A stretch of DNA of 64,000 nt from Octopus sinensis (GCF_006345805.1 NC_043009.1:61938001-62002000); one strand, 5' to 3'. Shown: positions 12,757 to 26,024, counted from the stretch's first letter. Numbers and translations are program-made. The notes: generated by a model from the sequence alone, not told the origin.

Positions 12757-12889
12757 TGCGATGCGCATTCTTCTGTCCAAGCTTCCCCGGCCATGGATCG
12801 TTGATGAGAAGAAAGACGATGGTTACACAGCATTGCACCTGGCAGCACTTAATAATCATGTGGAAGTGGCTGAGCTGCTAGTCGATCAG
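12757..12889 (+). CDS. MIB1: MIB1 coding exon (133 nt, phase 2 to phase 0), ankyrin repeat
   Basis: Pyrimidine tract plus ttgcag| acceptor; CAG|gtgagt donor; encodes [44 protein letters not shown]. Confidence 0.96.
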
Positions 12890-13091
12890 GTGAGTTGTCA
12901 ACTGCTTGTACTTTTGATTGGGCTGACAGGTACACTGGAAGGAAGTGGTTGGGAGGTCATAGAAAGATGAGAAAAGAACGGAATGAGTGGAGATGAGAGA
13001 GAGAGAGAGAGTGATGATTTTGTAATGATGGACATCATTACGACAATGTTCCAGTTGATTCGATTAATGGAATGATGATGATGATGATTAA

Positions 13092-13345
13092 TAGCCTGTT
13101 TGTAAAATTAATGTGCAAGTGGCTGAGTACTCCACAGACATGCGTACCCTTAATGTGCTTCTCAGGGAGATTCAGCATGGTATAAAATGGGACATGGTTG
13201 GCCCTTTTGAATTACAGGTATAACTAACTTTTGCCAGCTGAATGGACTGGGGCATTTTTTGTGAAATAAAGTGTCTTGCTCAAGGACATGACACACCTTA
13301 CAATTGTGAGCTGAATACCCTAAACACTAGGCAACACACCTTCAC
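13092..13345 (-). mobile_element. CORE-type tRNA SINE
   Basis: Reverse complement of the 7310-7580 and 11065-11390 family (GTGGCTGAGTACTCCACAGACA, AAGTGTCTTGCTCAAGGACA). Confidence 0.75.
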
Positions 13346-13586
13346 AATGATGTAGTAAGGAGTGAAGAGAAGAATAAAGGAAGGGAAAGCATGAAGAGCA
13401 GGTAAAATGAATGGCAGAGAGAGAGATAGAGATTGGAGACAGGGTAAGAAGTGAAGAAGGAAGGATGGAAAGAGATGGGGGTTCGACAGAGAGAGAAAAA
13501 TGTTGGTTTGTTTTAAGAAAATGATGGGTTTAAACTTATGCTTTACACTACCTTAACATTGAATTTTGAAATAGTTATACATTATA

Positions 13587-13746
13587 GGCACTAGAATGGC
13601 TGTGTGGTAAAGAGGCTTGCTTTGTGACCTGGTGGTTTTCAGGTTCAGTCCCACCATGTGGCACTTTGGGCAAGTATCTTCTATCATAGTTCTGGGCCAA
13701 CCAGTACCTTGTAAGTGGATTTGGTAGGCAGAAACTGGTTGGAAAC

Positions 13747-13777
<31 letters not shown>

Positions 13778-14250
13778 GGAGTGTTTTGGAAATTCCTTGA
13801 TACAGTTATAATATTTGGAGGGAATATTTTTTCTCAAAGAGTTAAGATTGAGAAAAGAACCTTTTTAGAAAGTTCTTAACGTTGAACTGAAAGTGCTTGC
13901 ACATCTATAAAAGCAAAATGCCACACACATTTTGTGAAATCCCTTCTCAAAGGTTAGTGCCTTTCGACTTTCTAAAAAGGTTCTCTTCTCAATCTTAACT
14001 CTTTCAGAAAAAATCTTCTCTCCAAATGTGTGTGTATATCACCAACTCACTGCTTAACAACTGGTGTTGGTTTATTTATCTCCCTGTAACTTAATGGTTC
14101 GGCAAAAGAGGTAGATAGAATAAGAACCTGATTTAGAAAAGAAAAAAAAAAAACCTTTACTGGAGTCTATTTGTTCAACTAAAAATCTTCAGAGTGGTGC
14201 CCCAGAATGGCAGCAGGCCACATACTGAAACACGTAAAAGATAAAAGATT
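13587..14250 (+). mobile_element. tRNA-derived SINE split at its internal microsatellite by an inverted-repeat insert
   Basis: Head 13587-13752 and 3' part 14035-14250 match the 41877-42270 family. Confidence 0.7.
13813..14027. repeat. Inverted repeat, ~60-bp arms, ~93-nt spacer
   Basis: 13813-13873 (ATTTGGAGGGAA...AAAGAGTTAAGATTGAGAAAAGAACCTTTTTAGAAAGT) is complementary to 13967-14027. Confidence 0.85.
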
Positions 14251-14374
14251 ATAAACATATGTCTAAATATCACAGTACCATTGCTTATGAGTTCTTAGAA
14301 TTTACATCTAGTATATAAGATGAATAAAGATTATGACAGAGAACTGGGTTTCCTCATTTATAATATATATTGTG

Positions 14375-14555
14375 GAAGGGCAGTGACCTGGCAGAAACAT
14401 TAGCAAGCTGGGTGAAATGCTTAGAAGTATTTTGTCTGTCTTTATATTCTGAGTTTAAATTCCACCGACATCGACTTCGCCTTTCACCCTTTCAGGGTCA
14501 ATCTAATCGACTGGCCCCCTCCCCTAAAATTTTGGACCTTGTGCTTAGAATAGAA
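14375..14555 (+). mobile_element. tRNA-derived SINE (family of 53360-53987)
   Basis: GGCAGTGACCTGGCAGAAACATTAGC...GAGTTTAAATTCC...GACTTCGCCTTTCACCCTTTC. Confidence 0.7.
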
Positions 14556-15084
14556 GAGAATTTATACTGAGGAGTATGATAGAAGTCACCAGACTTGCCT
14601 AGAAAAAGAGGAAGTTCACAGGAATTTTTCTGCTAAAGTTTGTTGATTGTATAAAGTGAAGTGTATGGAGGTTTTGAATTTATGTAGCTTTGTTATCAAC
14701 ATATTCTGCGTGGTGAGATTATATGTTACTAACAAAAAACCGTCATTGTACTCCTCCCATAACAGACTAACTGGCTCTTGCGTCATCATAACTCAACATA
14801 TAAAAGCACTTGTTTGCAGTGTTGCATTTCTCCCAGTGCCACGTCTTGATTGTTGAAGATGGTTAGATTGTCCCAGCTGTTCTGGGTGGGTGTCATATAT
14901 TGACCCTTTGTAGGCAGTCTTGTAGCTGCTTCTACACTAAAGTTGATGGAATCATTTTTACAAGATACGGAGCAGCCTTATTCTTCTTATAAGGCTGTTT
15001 TTGATTTTGATTCTGTAAAAATAAAACAATAAAAAATTTAAATCTTAATTTCAGTAAATAAAATGATGATGATGATGATGATCC

Positions 15085-16130
15085 TTTCTACTATAGTCAA
15101 CAAGGTTTGAAATTTTGGGGGTTTCAGGAGGTGAGTCAATTATATCAACCCTGGTGCTTGACTGGTTCTTACTTTTTCATTTGCAGAAGGATGGAAAGCA
15201 AAGTTGACCTTGGCAGAATTTGAACTCAGAGTGTAAGGATGGATTTCAAATTTTGTCAAGACTGACTTTGGCTTCCATCCTTTCGGGGTTAATGATAATT
15301 ATGAACATTTTAAATTTTGGTATTAGGTTAGTAATTTTGGGGAGAGGTAAGTTGATTACATTGATCCCAGTGCTTAATAACAACAACAACAACAATAAAA
15401 ATAATAATGATGATGATGATAATAACAAGGGCACTCAGAGAGTGCAAACCTCTGCCAAGGCAACACCAACGTCCTCTCAGTGATTAGCCAGAGATGATTT
15501 TTAAAATGAGGATATCTGAAATAAACTCAACTGCTCTCACAAACGAGAATACTAAAAAAATGAACCCGACCACTCTCAAAAATTAAGAAAAAAAATTCCA
15601 GAATCCTTGTTCGGTACCGGATTGATCCCAAAGTCTAATCAGTTTGTGCCAGTCACGAGGCCAAACATCCCTGAAAGTTTCATCTGAATCCATCCAGCGG
15701 TTCTTGAGATATCTTGTCCATGGACAAGCAAACAGACAAACATGACTGAAAACAATGCCTCTACCATCGCTAAGGTGGAGGTAGTAATAATAAGTTTCAA
15801 ATTTTGGTATGAGGCTAGCAATTTTTTAATGAAAAGAGACCAGGTGATTATATTGATATCATTACTTGACTGATACTTTATTTCATTGGCCCTGAAAGGA
15901 TGAAAGACAAAGTTGGCCTCAGCGATATTTGAACTTAGAATATAAAGAACCGGAAGAAATGCCACTATGCATTTTATCTAGTATGCTAACAACACTGCCA
16001 GCTCACTGCCTTATATGGTTTCAAATTTTGGCACAAGGCCAGCAATTTAGAAAAGGAACTTTGTGAGCACTTCACTGGTACTTATCTTGACTTCCAGAAG
16101 GATGAATCACAAAATTGGCCTTAACTGTAT
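15085..16130 (-). mobile_element. Cluster of partial minus-strand SINE copies (15085-15240, 15305-15375, 15795-16012, 16015-16130) with a short inverted piece at 15243-15295
   Basis: Repeated TTTCAAATTTTGG...CTGGTACTTA...GAAAGGATGAAAG-CAAAGT-GACC motifs. Confidence 0.65.
15425..15783. mobile_element. Non-autonomous Helentron-type (HINE/DINE-1-like) element
   Basis: Subterminal inverted repeat ACCTCTGCC (15448) versus GGTGGAGGT (15774-15782); terminal hairpin CCTCTACC-atcgctaa-GGTGGAGG; (ACAA/ACAG) tetramer microsatellite near that end; A/T-rich flanks. Confidence 0.6.
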
Positions 16131-16385
16131 TGGGCACTCTTTTAGCTTCATTGTAATTCACATTAGTTTGAACTCATAATCTCAGAGTCTTTTTTTTTCA
16201 AATCACTATATTATAATACATGTGACACTCACTTGAAGTATTTTCACCCAATAATGCGACATTCTTAATACAAAGAAGGCTGATACTACTCATCAGTGTC
16301 ATTACTTTTCCCTCAAGTTCAATATATTTACTGATCATCTCTAATTCTTACTCTGCTGATGAAATCTAAAATTAGGACATGCCAA

Positions 16386-16766
16386 TCTCTATATATATAA
16401 AGCTGAGGTTGTCTGTGTATGGCAGGTTTGGTAGCCTTCAACTATCACTATCTCCTCCAAGACCCTGTGGTGCAAGTTGACCAAAATTGAGAGTATGATA
16501 GAAGAAGGCTTGCTCTTCATTCCGTAGAAGAAAAAATTCAAATCAGACCTTTTAAGACCAAAAATTATTTACATCAAAAAGGTGCTTTTTTTCTATGGAA
16601 ATCTCTATTTTTTTACTGCTGTGTCGCCATTTTTCAGTGTATTTCAACCAGAAAAATGTTCACTTAAAGAGAATAACAAGCTACATAATGCAAAATTTTT
16701 ACTTTTCAAAAATTCCAATTCTAAAGGGTTGAAACAAACCCGAGCAATGCCGGGCGATACTGTTGG
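16386..16766 (+). mobile_element. Non-autonomous Helitron
   Basis: 5' A|TCTCTATATATATAAA start; 3' hairpin CCCG-agcaatgc-CGGG at 16739-16754 then a decayed CTAG (TTGG)|T. Confidence 0.6.
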
Positions 16767-17171
16767 TTAGCTTTAAAGAAAAGGTCCTTTCCTAATTGTA
16801 TTGTCTGATGATGATGATGATGTATTGTCCCTAATATTATGTTTGCTGATATTATTGGAATTATCTCTCATGTTTTTGGATTTTGAACGTCTATAGAGGA
16901 AGTTTTATCTTGTAATTGTTGGGCATAGTCTCAGTTAATTGAAGTTTTGCAATTCTCTGTTTGACTTGTGTGAATCTGTGCTGTGTATGTGTATGTAATA
17001 TGTAGAATGCTCCGCTGAAGAATTTGCCCTCAGCCCTATTATTATGTGTGTGTGTGTGTTACATACACAGACATACACACACACGTATATACAAAGTGTG
17101 GTGTACTGAGTAAGTAATCTATAAGGATAGAACTAGTAACTAAGGCAACACAAACGCATGCATGCATGCTT

Positions 17172-17219
<48 letters not shown>

Positions 17220-18779
17220 CACACACACACACACACGTGCATGCATGCAGTGTTGGTGGGTGTAAGGGGTGTCAGATTGCCTAGCATCTTTAATATCCAT
17301 ATGTGGCCCCTTTTCTGGTTAAAAATTTGGGGGATCCTTTGCTTTAGAAGACCTACAGGGTTCAGCAGGGAAGGGTGAGAGAGAGAGAGAGAGAGGGAGA
17401 AAGAGGAGTGCCTATCTTTTAATTAACTCTCAAGTCAATCTCTGCCCCCCTTTCTCCCCCATCCCCTACTGTCTGTGTAAAATGTTTAGGATCCTCTGCC
17501 CCACCAACATAATCTTCTCACCTCATCCTTTTCTATTTTTGTACCAGTTCTTTCTCTCTGGTCTTGTACATCTTATCTCTTCCCTCCTCTCCCCCACCAC
17601 CATCTAACACTCATTACTTCTCAGCACTACCTCCCAGATCCTTTCCTCTCCATCCACAGCCCCTCCCCTCATATCACCCAGCCTCACCACACAATCTTCT
17701 CACCACATACCTCACTGTCTATCTCTCCTTATCCTACCATCCCCACATCTCTACCCTAAATCTTCACTCCCCACACCCTGACTCAGTATATCTCAACTTA
17801 CCACCACCACCACCACCACCACCCATCCACCACCCAGTTGTATATAGTCTACTGCCACTATCATAGTCACAGTTATCATGGTCACCGCTGTCACTACTAC
17901 TATTACCAAACTCACCACCACCACCACCACCACCACTAATACACCATTACAACTGGCACCACCTCCACCACCTATGTACCCAAACACCTCCTCATCCCAC
18001 GCTACCAAAATAACTGTTGCCAACATTAGTTAGATAAGTGACCAGCTGGCAACAGGAAACTTGGTTTATGATTGTGTGTGTGTGTATGTTTGTGTAATCT
18101 CACACACACACACACACACATATAGAGGCCTTCTGTTACTACTATAGCTATTAAGCCGGTTGTGCTGGGAGGAGTTGAATGGGAACTTTAGTGAGACTAC
18201 ATGGTTCTTGCTGAGAATAGTTTTGGTAGGATATAATAGGGATTATCTGGATGCAGATATACACATGGATATACATGTTTATCTTAAAGCATTAAACTCT
18301 CACACTCAGAAATACACTGCTTTACAACATGGCAATATGCAAAGGTGCATGACTACGCACACATCTCTGATTGTCTTTCTCTCTCTCTCTCTTGTCCTCC
18401 CCATGTCATCTCTATCATCATCATCATCATCATTATTATCCAGCTGCTCTACTTCCCCACTTCAGGGGTACCATTGGCGGTCCCCCACCTCTTCAGCCCT
18501 ACCCAATTCTTACAGCTGTTGCCTGCCTCCCCTCTCCCGCTTTTCCCCATGCACTTTTGCAGACTCCCATCCACTCTTAGTTCTTCTGTCCTTACTAGCT
18601 TCTGTTCACTTGGTACTTTGAGGTACTGCTTGGACACTTCAACACCACTCTTGACATCTACTACTGATTTCTTTCCTAAACCACTCCTAAATGTGAACAG
18701 CCATGCAACTCCCCTACAGCAAGAGCATGCTCTTCCTCGTCCACTTTTTTCATATCTTAACCCTCAGCCCCTAGCATAA

Positions 18780-19010
18780 AGCCTCTCCCCTTAGGTTCAT
18801 AGGCTTGCAAGCTGCATGTCCACCTCAGTGGTGCCGGTGGCACAAGAAGAGCACTCATCTTACACTTTTAAGTGGTTAGTGTTAGGAAGGGCATCCAGCT
18901 GTAGAAGCGATGCCAAAGCAGATACGGGAACATGATGCAGTTCTTGGATCTACTGGATCCAGTTAAACTGTTGAATCCCTGTCATTCGGAGAAAGGTGCA
19001 CACAATGATA
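18780..19010 (+). mobile_element. Old RTE LINE 3' end preceded by a pyrimidine-rich UTR-like tract
   Basis: GTGCCGGTGGCAC...GTGGTTAGTGTTAGGAAGGGCATCCAGCTGTAGAA; upstream 18365-18780 resembles 59950-60430. Confidence 0.6.
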
Positions 19011-19691
19011 AAGACATGCAAGGAAGAAATAGAGGAGAAAATGATGTTTTTGGTGATACCTGTTATCAAAGAGAAGGAAAAGAATTGAGAGACAAAGTAA
19101 AGAGAAAGAAATGTACACTATCAAATATGTCTGTTTTTACAGAGTCAAACAGATGTCTTATATTTGGTATCATACATTATTTCTGTTTCTTACTCCTCTC
19201 AATTCCTTTGTGTGTGTGTGTGTAGCAAGTGAATTGCTATATATATAGCAGGAATATATATTCCTGGTGTTTAGCACATGAAGTGCTTCTACAGATATTG
19301 GCTATTTGAAAATTGAAAGGTGGAAGGCTTTCTCATGCTTCCACTCCAACTATCTGAAAATCCACAAAATATCCAAAGAGTATGTGTGATAACAAATATT
19401 TAAAATGCAGTATATTTATATATTTATGTGTATTATGTATGTGTATGTATGTATGCATATATATGTATATGTGTATGCTTGTGTGTGTGTGTATGTATAT
19501 ATATTCGTACACATTTAAACACACACACACATGTAACATATTGTATAATTATAAACAGGGCAAATTTTACCCGTTTTTCTGCAGATTGAAAAAATGATGA
19601 TAGATATATATATAATAATAAAAGGGTAAAATCAATTAATTAATTAATCAATCGGTACATTGAAATAACCTTTTTAGGTAAAATTACACAA

Positions 19692-20009
19692 ATATTCTAT
19701 AATTATAAATATAATTATAACCAGGGGTCAGGTAATTGCTTTGACACGCACCGAATTTAGAAATAGGTAAATGCCTTTTCTGCTACCATAAAGATCTCCC
19801 AGACAGTAACACACTTTTTTACATAGGCAAAAAGAAAAAAATAATGAATCCACACAACTCAGATTTTCTTTTTGCCTATGTAAAAAAGTGTGTTACTATC
19901 TGGGAGATCTTTTTGGTAGTAGAAAAGGCATTTACCTATTTCTAAATGTGGTTTTGGTGAAGCAATTAGCTGACCCTTGATTATAATTATGTTTATAATT
20001 ACAGAATAT
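19692..20009. repeat. Long fold-back inverted repeat, ~146-bp arms, 25-nt loop
   Basis: 19692-19838 is complementary to 19864-20009 (e.g. GGTAAATGCCTTTTCT / AGAAAAGGCATTTACC; TAACACACTTTTTTACATAGGCAAAAAG / CTTTTTGCCTATGTAAAAAAGTGTGTTA). Confidence 0.92.
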
Positions 20010-20039
20010 ATATATATATATTATATATATATATATACT

Positions 20040-20440
20040 GGTGCTATATAAAAAGCATTCATACCTGTGCCAACACCACATAAAAAGCAGCCATGCTGGC
20101 ACCACATAATAAGCACCAGTACTCGTGCCATGTAAAAAGGTACTCATACAAGCACCACACAAAAAGTACCCAATATTCTCTGTAAAGTGGATGGCATTAA
20201 GAAGGGCATCCAGCCATAGAAACCATGCCAAAACAGATGATCAGAGACTGGTGCAGCCCTCTGGCTTACCAGCTCCTGTCAAATTGTCCAACCCATGCCA
20301 GTATAGAAAATGGATGTTAAGTGATGATGATGTATATCATATATATGGCAACATCATCATCATCATCATTTAACGTCCATTTTCCATGCTGGCATGGGTT
20401 GGACGATTTCACTGAAGTCTGGAGAGCCAGCGGCTGCACT
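20040..20440. mobile_element. Two RTE 3' ends tail-to-tail (20040-20331 +, 20352-20440 -)
   Basis: GTCCAACCCATGCCAG...GATGATGA followed by CATCATCAT...CCATGCTGGCATGGGTTGGAC. Confidence 0.72.
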
Positions 20441-20922
20441 GTATATTTAGTTGTATACTTAGACAAATTTCTTTGTTGAAAGTAGACGCCTATATACACA
20501 TACTTATACAAAACCACAAGCTCATATTTATTGAATAGCACATAAACCTGAACCTGTGAAATCGCAGGCAGACTAAATATTTACATCATCATCATATTCA
20601 TCTACATATTTTTATGTTTTGCTTAGGCCTAGAAATACTAATAGCCTGGTGTTAGAACTCAGTATACATATGCTTCAGCAGGAAGTGTTAGTAGCATACA
20701 GAGTGTAAGTATGAAATTACATAAATGGCAAATTAACAGGAAGCTGAAACAAGGTGATGCACAAGTACCCACTTCTGGGTACACTGCGTTTCGTAGCAGA
20801 AACAACTGTAAGATAATGAAGGTCATTGCATAATTTCCTATTCCTTAGTCATTTATTTAATTTCATTGTGTGTGTGTATGTATATATATAGATATATATA
20901 ACACACACACACACACACACAT

Positions 20923-21034
20923 ATTAAAATAATTAAGTTTATGTCCGGTCATAAAGTGACCAATGGCTTTGCATCCACAAAGACCTTAACCTTTGGTCAC
21001 CCTATGACTGGACATAAATTTAATTACTTTTAAT
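20923..21034. repeat. Small palindromic element (MITE-like hairpin, ~41-bp arms)
   Basis: ATTAAAATAATTAAGTTTATGTCCGGTCATAAAGTGACCAA versus TTGGTCACCCTATGACTGGACATAAATTTAATTACTTTTAAT. Confidence 0.8.
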
Positions 21035-22001
21035 ACATTACTGCTCTATGCTTTAAAGTGTGTTTCTTTTTCCGATATATGATACATTGACGATATACAT
21101 ACATACATAAATATATATATATAAATTATATATATATATATGCACATTCATATATTCATGCATGTGTGTGTATACATGTATAATCATATGTATATATATA
21201 TTCACAAATGCATACACAAACATGCCTGAACACAGATACAGCAAAAATATTGCAAAGACATATTGAAGTGATAAATAAGAAAACAAAGATGAAAATGGAT
21301 TTAGTCCATTGTGTCATTAGGAATGGTTACAGAGAATCATGTGTGTATGTGTGTGTGTGCACACATATGCACACATGTAAAAACCATGTCTGCATGTATA
21401 CATACACTTTCACACACACACTCATGCATGCACATGTGTGTGTATGATATATATGTGTGTGTGCATGCCTACATATGATATATATGTGTATGTAGGCACA
21501 CACACATATATTCCTTTTCCTTGGGCCGACTCCAAAATGGAACCATAGGGACACTGTTGTAAGGTTCACTATATCTTGGGATATTACATATTTCACACAC
21601 ACACATGCATACATCTCCATGTAATATACACATACACACACACACTAGTATTACATATATATATATATGAATGTTTATATACAAATTCATATCCATGTAT
21701 ACATATGACTATGATGTGCACAACTTCGTATAGCAGTACTCAATGGTGTAACAAGAATTCTGAACACCTGGAGACAAAAGTCACTTTTTCAGTGCCCTGG
21801 CTTTCATTAATAAGTATGTTCGGGTAGAAAAAAATTTTGCTACTTCATCATAACCGCACCTGGGGATAAAAGCCCTTCCCTCCTTGCACCCCTTTTTTCT
21901 ACATCCCTGGGTTTCCTTGTAACTGGTTTAACAAATTAATACACTTAGAATGTAAAACATGAAAACTGTGAAAAATAAAGATAGGAAGAAAATTAGTATT
22001 T

Positions 22002-22037
<36 letters not shown>

Positions 22038-22189
22038 ATATATAATATATATATATATATATACATGCTTTCGGTGCAAAGATACCATTATTATTATTTA
22101 CAAGATTGTAAAATACAGAGCCGTATAAAAAAAACCATTCACACTGAAAGCATGTTGAAAGTTTGTTTATATAGAACAAATACGAACTA

Positions 22190-22464
22190 CATTATTTACC
22201 TTATTTACATTAGTCAGATATTTGTCCTCATCTTGTTTGTTGTTAACACGTTTTGGCTGATATACCCTCCAGCCTTCATAATAATAACAACATCGAAAAA
22301 TATCTTAGGAATGAGAACCCAGGTTTGAAATTTCCCCAAGACACTTGATGAAGGTTGGAGCATATATCAGCCAAAACGTTGTGTTAACAACAAACAAGAT
22401 GAGGACAAATATCCTTCAAATGTAAATAATGTACATAATTCCTCATCTCTTAAATATAGAACTG
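22190..22464 (+). mobile_element. Penelope-like insertion: terminal repeat preceded by an inverted partial copy, with hammerhead motif
   Basis: 22201-22279 is complementary to 22348-22429; ACAC-TTGATGA-A-GGTTG...CAGCC-AAAA-CGTT-GTGT at 22341-22384; possible TSD AAATAC(G/A)AACTA at 22178-22189 and 22465-22476. Confidence 0.7.
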
Positions 22465-22734
22465 AAATACAAACTAATATAGTTCTTAAAATTTGACAGA
22501 AAGAGAGAGGCTAATATGCTGGTGTAAAGTAACACAGTCACGTTAACAAAGGGATGTGGGTTCGAGTCCCATGCGAACAGGAAAGCCTTCTTTTTCTCTG
22601 TGAAGGGCTTATATGCCCCTTTATTAGACTATTTTCTTTAGTCATTGCACGATGATCGCCATAAGCTTTAAGCTTATATAAAAATACCATATATATATAT
22701 ATATATGGGGGCGGGGGAAAACACACACACATAG

Positions 22735-22850
22735 ATGTGATTGACTTCTTTCAGTTTCCTGAAGACACATGCCCAAGGTGCCATGAAGTGTGACTGAATC
22801 TGGAACCATGTAGTTGGGAAGCAAGCTTCTTACCACACAGCCACTCCTGA
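22735..22850 (-). mobile_element. SINE head fragment (family of 41877-42270)
   Basis: Reverse complement of AGGAGTGGCTGTGTGGTAAGAAGCTTGCTTCCCAAC...CCTTGGGCA. Confidence 0.7.
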
Positions 22851-23049
22851 ACATATATATGTGTGTGTGTATATATAGAGAGAGGTAGTGACTTGTGACT
22901 TAAGGTTCAGAATTATGTAGACATGGAAATGAATAAAGGGAAGGAACATACAGAAACTAAAAGCAATTGTTCTGTTGGGAATAGATTTAGAGAAATTCTA
23001 GTGTTGATGTGTATCACTGTTGGGCAGAAATTTAAGATAGCTATAGCTA

Positions 23050-23885
23050 GATAACAATTGGGAACTTCTGTTGAAATACCCTGCTTAGGGCTACTGATCA
23101 GATATGTGGCTGGAGTGGAGTTCCAGCCAAGATGAAAGTGATATGGTTGATAGGGTGGTAAAGGCTAATTAGACAAGCTAGGAAAATCTGGGAGGCAGGC
23201 AATAGCTGGGAGTGCTACCAAGTGGTTAGAAGGGCAGCTAGATGACAGGTATAGTTATAAGTGAAGCAGGAAGAAAGAGATTAAAGCATGTCCAGCAATG
23301 TGAAGAAGAGAGGCATGAAGTGTTGATGACAGTGTGTGAAAGAGAAATGAGATGTCATTGGTGAGAAGTGTATTCAGAAGGATGAGAGTATACTCATCAT
23401 TGGCAGGGAAGACCAGAAAATGGCATCGAACTGCTGAGAGGCTGTTTAATGTGGAGAATGTATTGGATAAAGAGGGGCTACTTCATGCTGACCGGCAATC
23501 AGGATAGGTGCAGAGATACTCATAATGTCTGTTGAGGTAGGATACATGGTTACTTCTCAGATGGTTAATTTGATCATAAGAACGGTGTTGTAGCCAATGA
23601 CAGGTGTAGTGGTATGATTGTGAAATGTTACCGAGACAAAGAAGACACCTTATGGAGAGGAAATTATAAGGGAATCAAAATACTGGATCATGTTGTGAAG
23701 GTCACGAAGAAAATTACAGCACAACTGATCTGTGATGGAGGAGACCCAGATGAGTTGAACTTAGTATCCAGAACAGGTACCCTGTACGGAATCTTCCTAG
23801 TGAGGCAGCCACTGGAGAAATACTTGGTTAAGAGTAAACTATTGTACTTAGAACTTGTGAACTTGGAGGATGTGTTTTGACAGGA
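23050..23885 (+). mobile_element. Degenerate RTE LINE fragment, pre-RT region and RT N-terminus
   Basis: ORF 23614-23880 has GNYKGIKILDHVVKV...GIFLVRQPLEKYLVKSKLLYLELVNLEDVF, matching the RTE RT motifs NYRGI.LL, IF.VRQL.EK and FVDLEKAFD; a SINE 3' half follows at 23900-24085. Confidence 0.75.
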
Positions 23886-24241
23886 TATCACATTCGGTAA
23901 TTTGCTTGACAACTGATGTTGGTGTGTTTATGTCCCTGTAACTTAGTTGTTCAGCAAAAACAGACTGATAGAATAAGTGCTAGGCTTACAAAGAATAAGT
24001 CCTGGGATTAATTTGTTCGACTAAAGGCAGTGCTCCAGCATGGCTGCAGTCAAATGACTGAAACAAATAAAAGAGCAAAAGAATATAGCCATTCTGGGCT
24101 ATGGACACACAAGAGGTATAACAATCAGACTAACAGAGAAAGTAAGTTCTGGAATTATAAGTCTTTCATTTATAATGAATTAAAGAATACTCTACATTTA
24201 GGTTTTGAGTTCTGCTATTTATTAATTCTTAGCAAATCAAC

Positions 24242-24274
<33 letters not shown>

Positions 24275-24368
24275 GGAGTAAACACATAAATGTGAAACAA
24301 GGTGGAAAAAAGAGTACTCAAATACCAGTGATAGAGTAATATGCTTTATTAAATAAAGTATTAATAAA

Positions 24369-24414
<46 letters not shown>

Positions 24415-24851
24415 GTGTGTGTGTGTGTATATCTGTGTGTGTATAAACTCACAGATGCATGCATGTGCATACACACATACTTATACATACATGTGTATGC
24501 ATGCACGTTTATGTGTGCGTGTGTGTGTGAAAAATGTGATCTGATTGCTCAGGAAGGCTTTTACGAGATTCTTGCTTCTATTTTGGGTAATATGTTCAGG
24601 GCATTCACCTTTGCATAGCTGAAGTGAGGGAGCCAAGTTGGGTACAGAAGGATCCTCCCAGCTGTGAAGTTACAGTGAAACTTGAGTAGTTTATTATAGA
24701 ATCCTTCCCTGATGTTCTCTAAGATTCTGGTGAATTACTAATCCTTCCCATACTACATGTAGCTACCTTTCTGCTGTCGAAACACACTCCCACTCACCCA
24801 CCCAAAGATATATTTGCAAAGATGTCTGTGTGTATGTGTGTTTACATATAT

Positions 24852-24894
<43 letters not shown>

Positions 24895-24895
<1 letters not shown>

Positions 24896-25843
24896 CGTGG
24901 CCCCTACTTGGGACGTAGTCAGTCCACCTGTGCATACCTTCCTTCCTTCTTGTGACACTTGTGAAGACCTGTGAAGACCTGTTGAGGCAAGTGAAAATCA
25001 AATCAAATCAGATCAAAATAGATGAACATCAATGGAATTTGTATCTTTGTGGTACCAGTGCCGGTGGCACACAAGAAAACCATCCGAACGTGGCCGTAGC
25101 CAGTACCGCATCGACTGGCCTCCGTGCTGTGGGCACGCAACAAACACCATCCGATCGTGGCCGTTCGCCAGCCTCATCTGGCACCTGTGTCGGTGGCACA
25201 TAAAAACACCATCCGAAGACCCGGCAAGACTAGTCAGGCCATAACCCGTAGCCCCTACCTGGGACGTAGTCAGTCCACCTGTGCATACCTTCCTTCTTGT
25301 GACACTTGTGAAGACCTGTTGAGGCAAGTGAAAATCAAATCAAATCAAAACAAATCAAAATAGATGAACATCAATGGAATTTGTATCTTTGTGGTACCAG
25401 TGCCGGTGGCACACAAGAAAATCATCCGAACGTGGCCGTAGCCAGTACCGCATAGACTGGCCTCCGTGCTTTGGGGACGTAACAAACACCATCCGATCGT
25501 GGCCGTCCGCCAGCCTCATCTGGCACCTGTGTCGGTGGCACATAAAAACACCATCCGAGCATGGCCGTCTGCCAGCCTCGTCTGGCACCTGTGTCGGTGG
25601 CACATAAAAACACCATCCGAGCGTGGCCGTTCGCCAGCCTCGTCTGGCACCTGTGTCGGTGGCACATAAAATCACCCACTACACTCTCGGAGTGGTTGGC
25701 GTTAGGAAGGGCATCCAGCTGTAGAAACACTGCCAGATCTGACTGGCCTGGTGCAGCCTTCGGGCTCCCCAGACCCCAGTTGAACCGTCCAACCCATGCT
25801 AGCATGGAAAACGGACGCTAAATGATGATGATGATGATGATGA

Positions 25844-25847
<4 letters not shown>
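24895..25847 (+). mobile_element. Young RTE LINE 3' UTR copy with ~350-bp higher-order repeats and 62-bp units, (GAT)n tail
   Basis: CCCGT(G/A)GCCCCTAC... at 24895 and 25246; repeated CTGGCACCTGTGTCGGTGGCACATAAAAACACCATCCGA; CCATGCTAGCATGG palindrome; CpGs intact; TA-run flanks. Confidence 0.85.
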
Positions 25848-25887
<40 letters not shown>

Positions 25888-25959
25888 ATATATATATATA
25901 TATGTCCAACCCATGCTAGCATGGAGAACGGACGTTAAACGACGATGATGATGATGATG

Positions 25960-25990
<31 letters not shown>

Positions 25991-26024
25991 TAATATATAT
26001 ATATATTATTATATATATATATAT

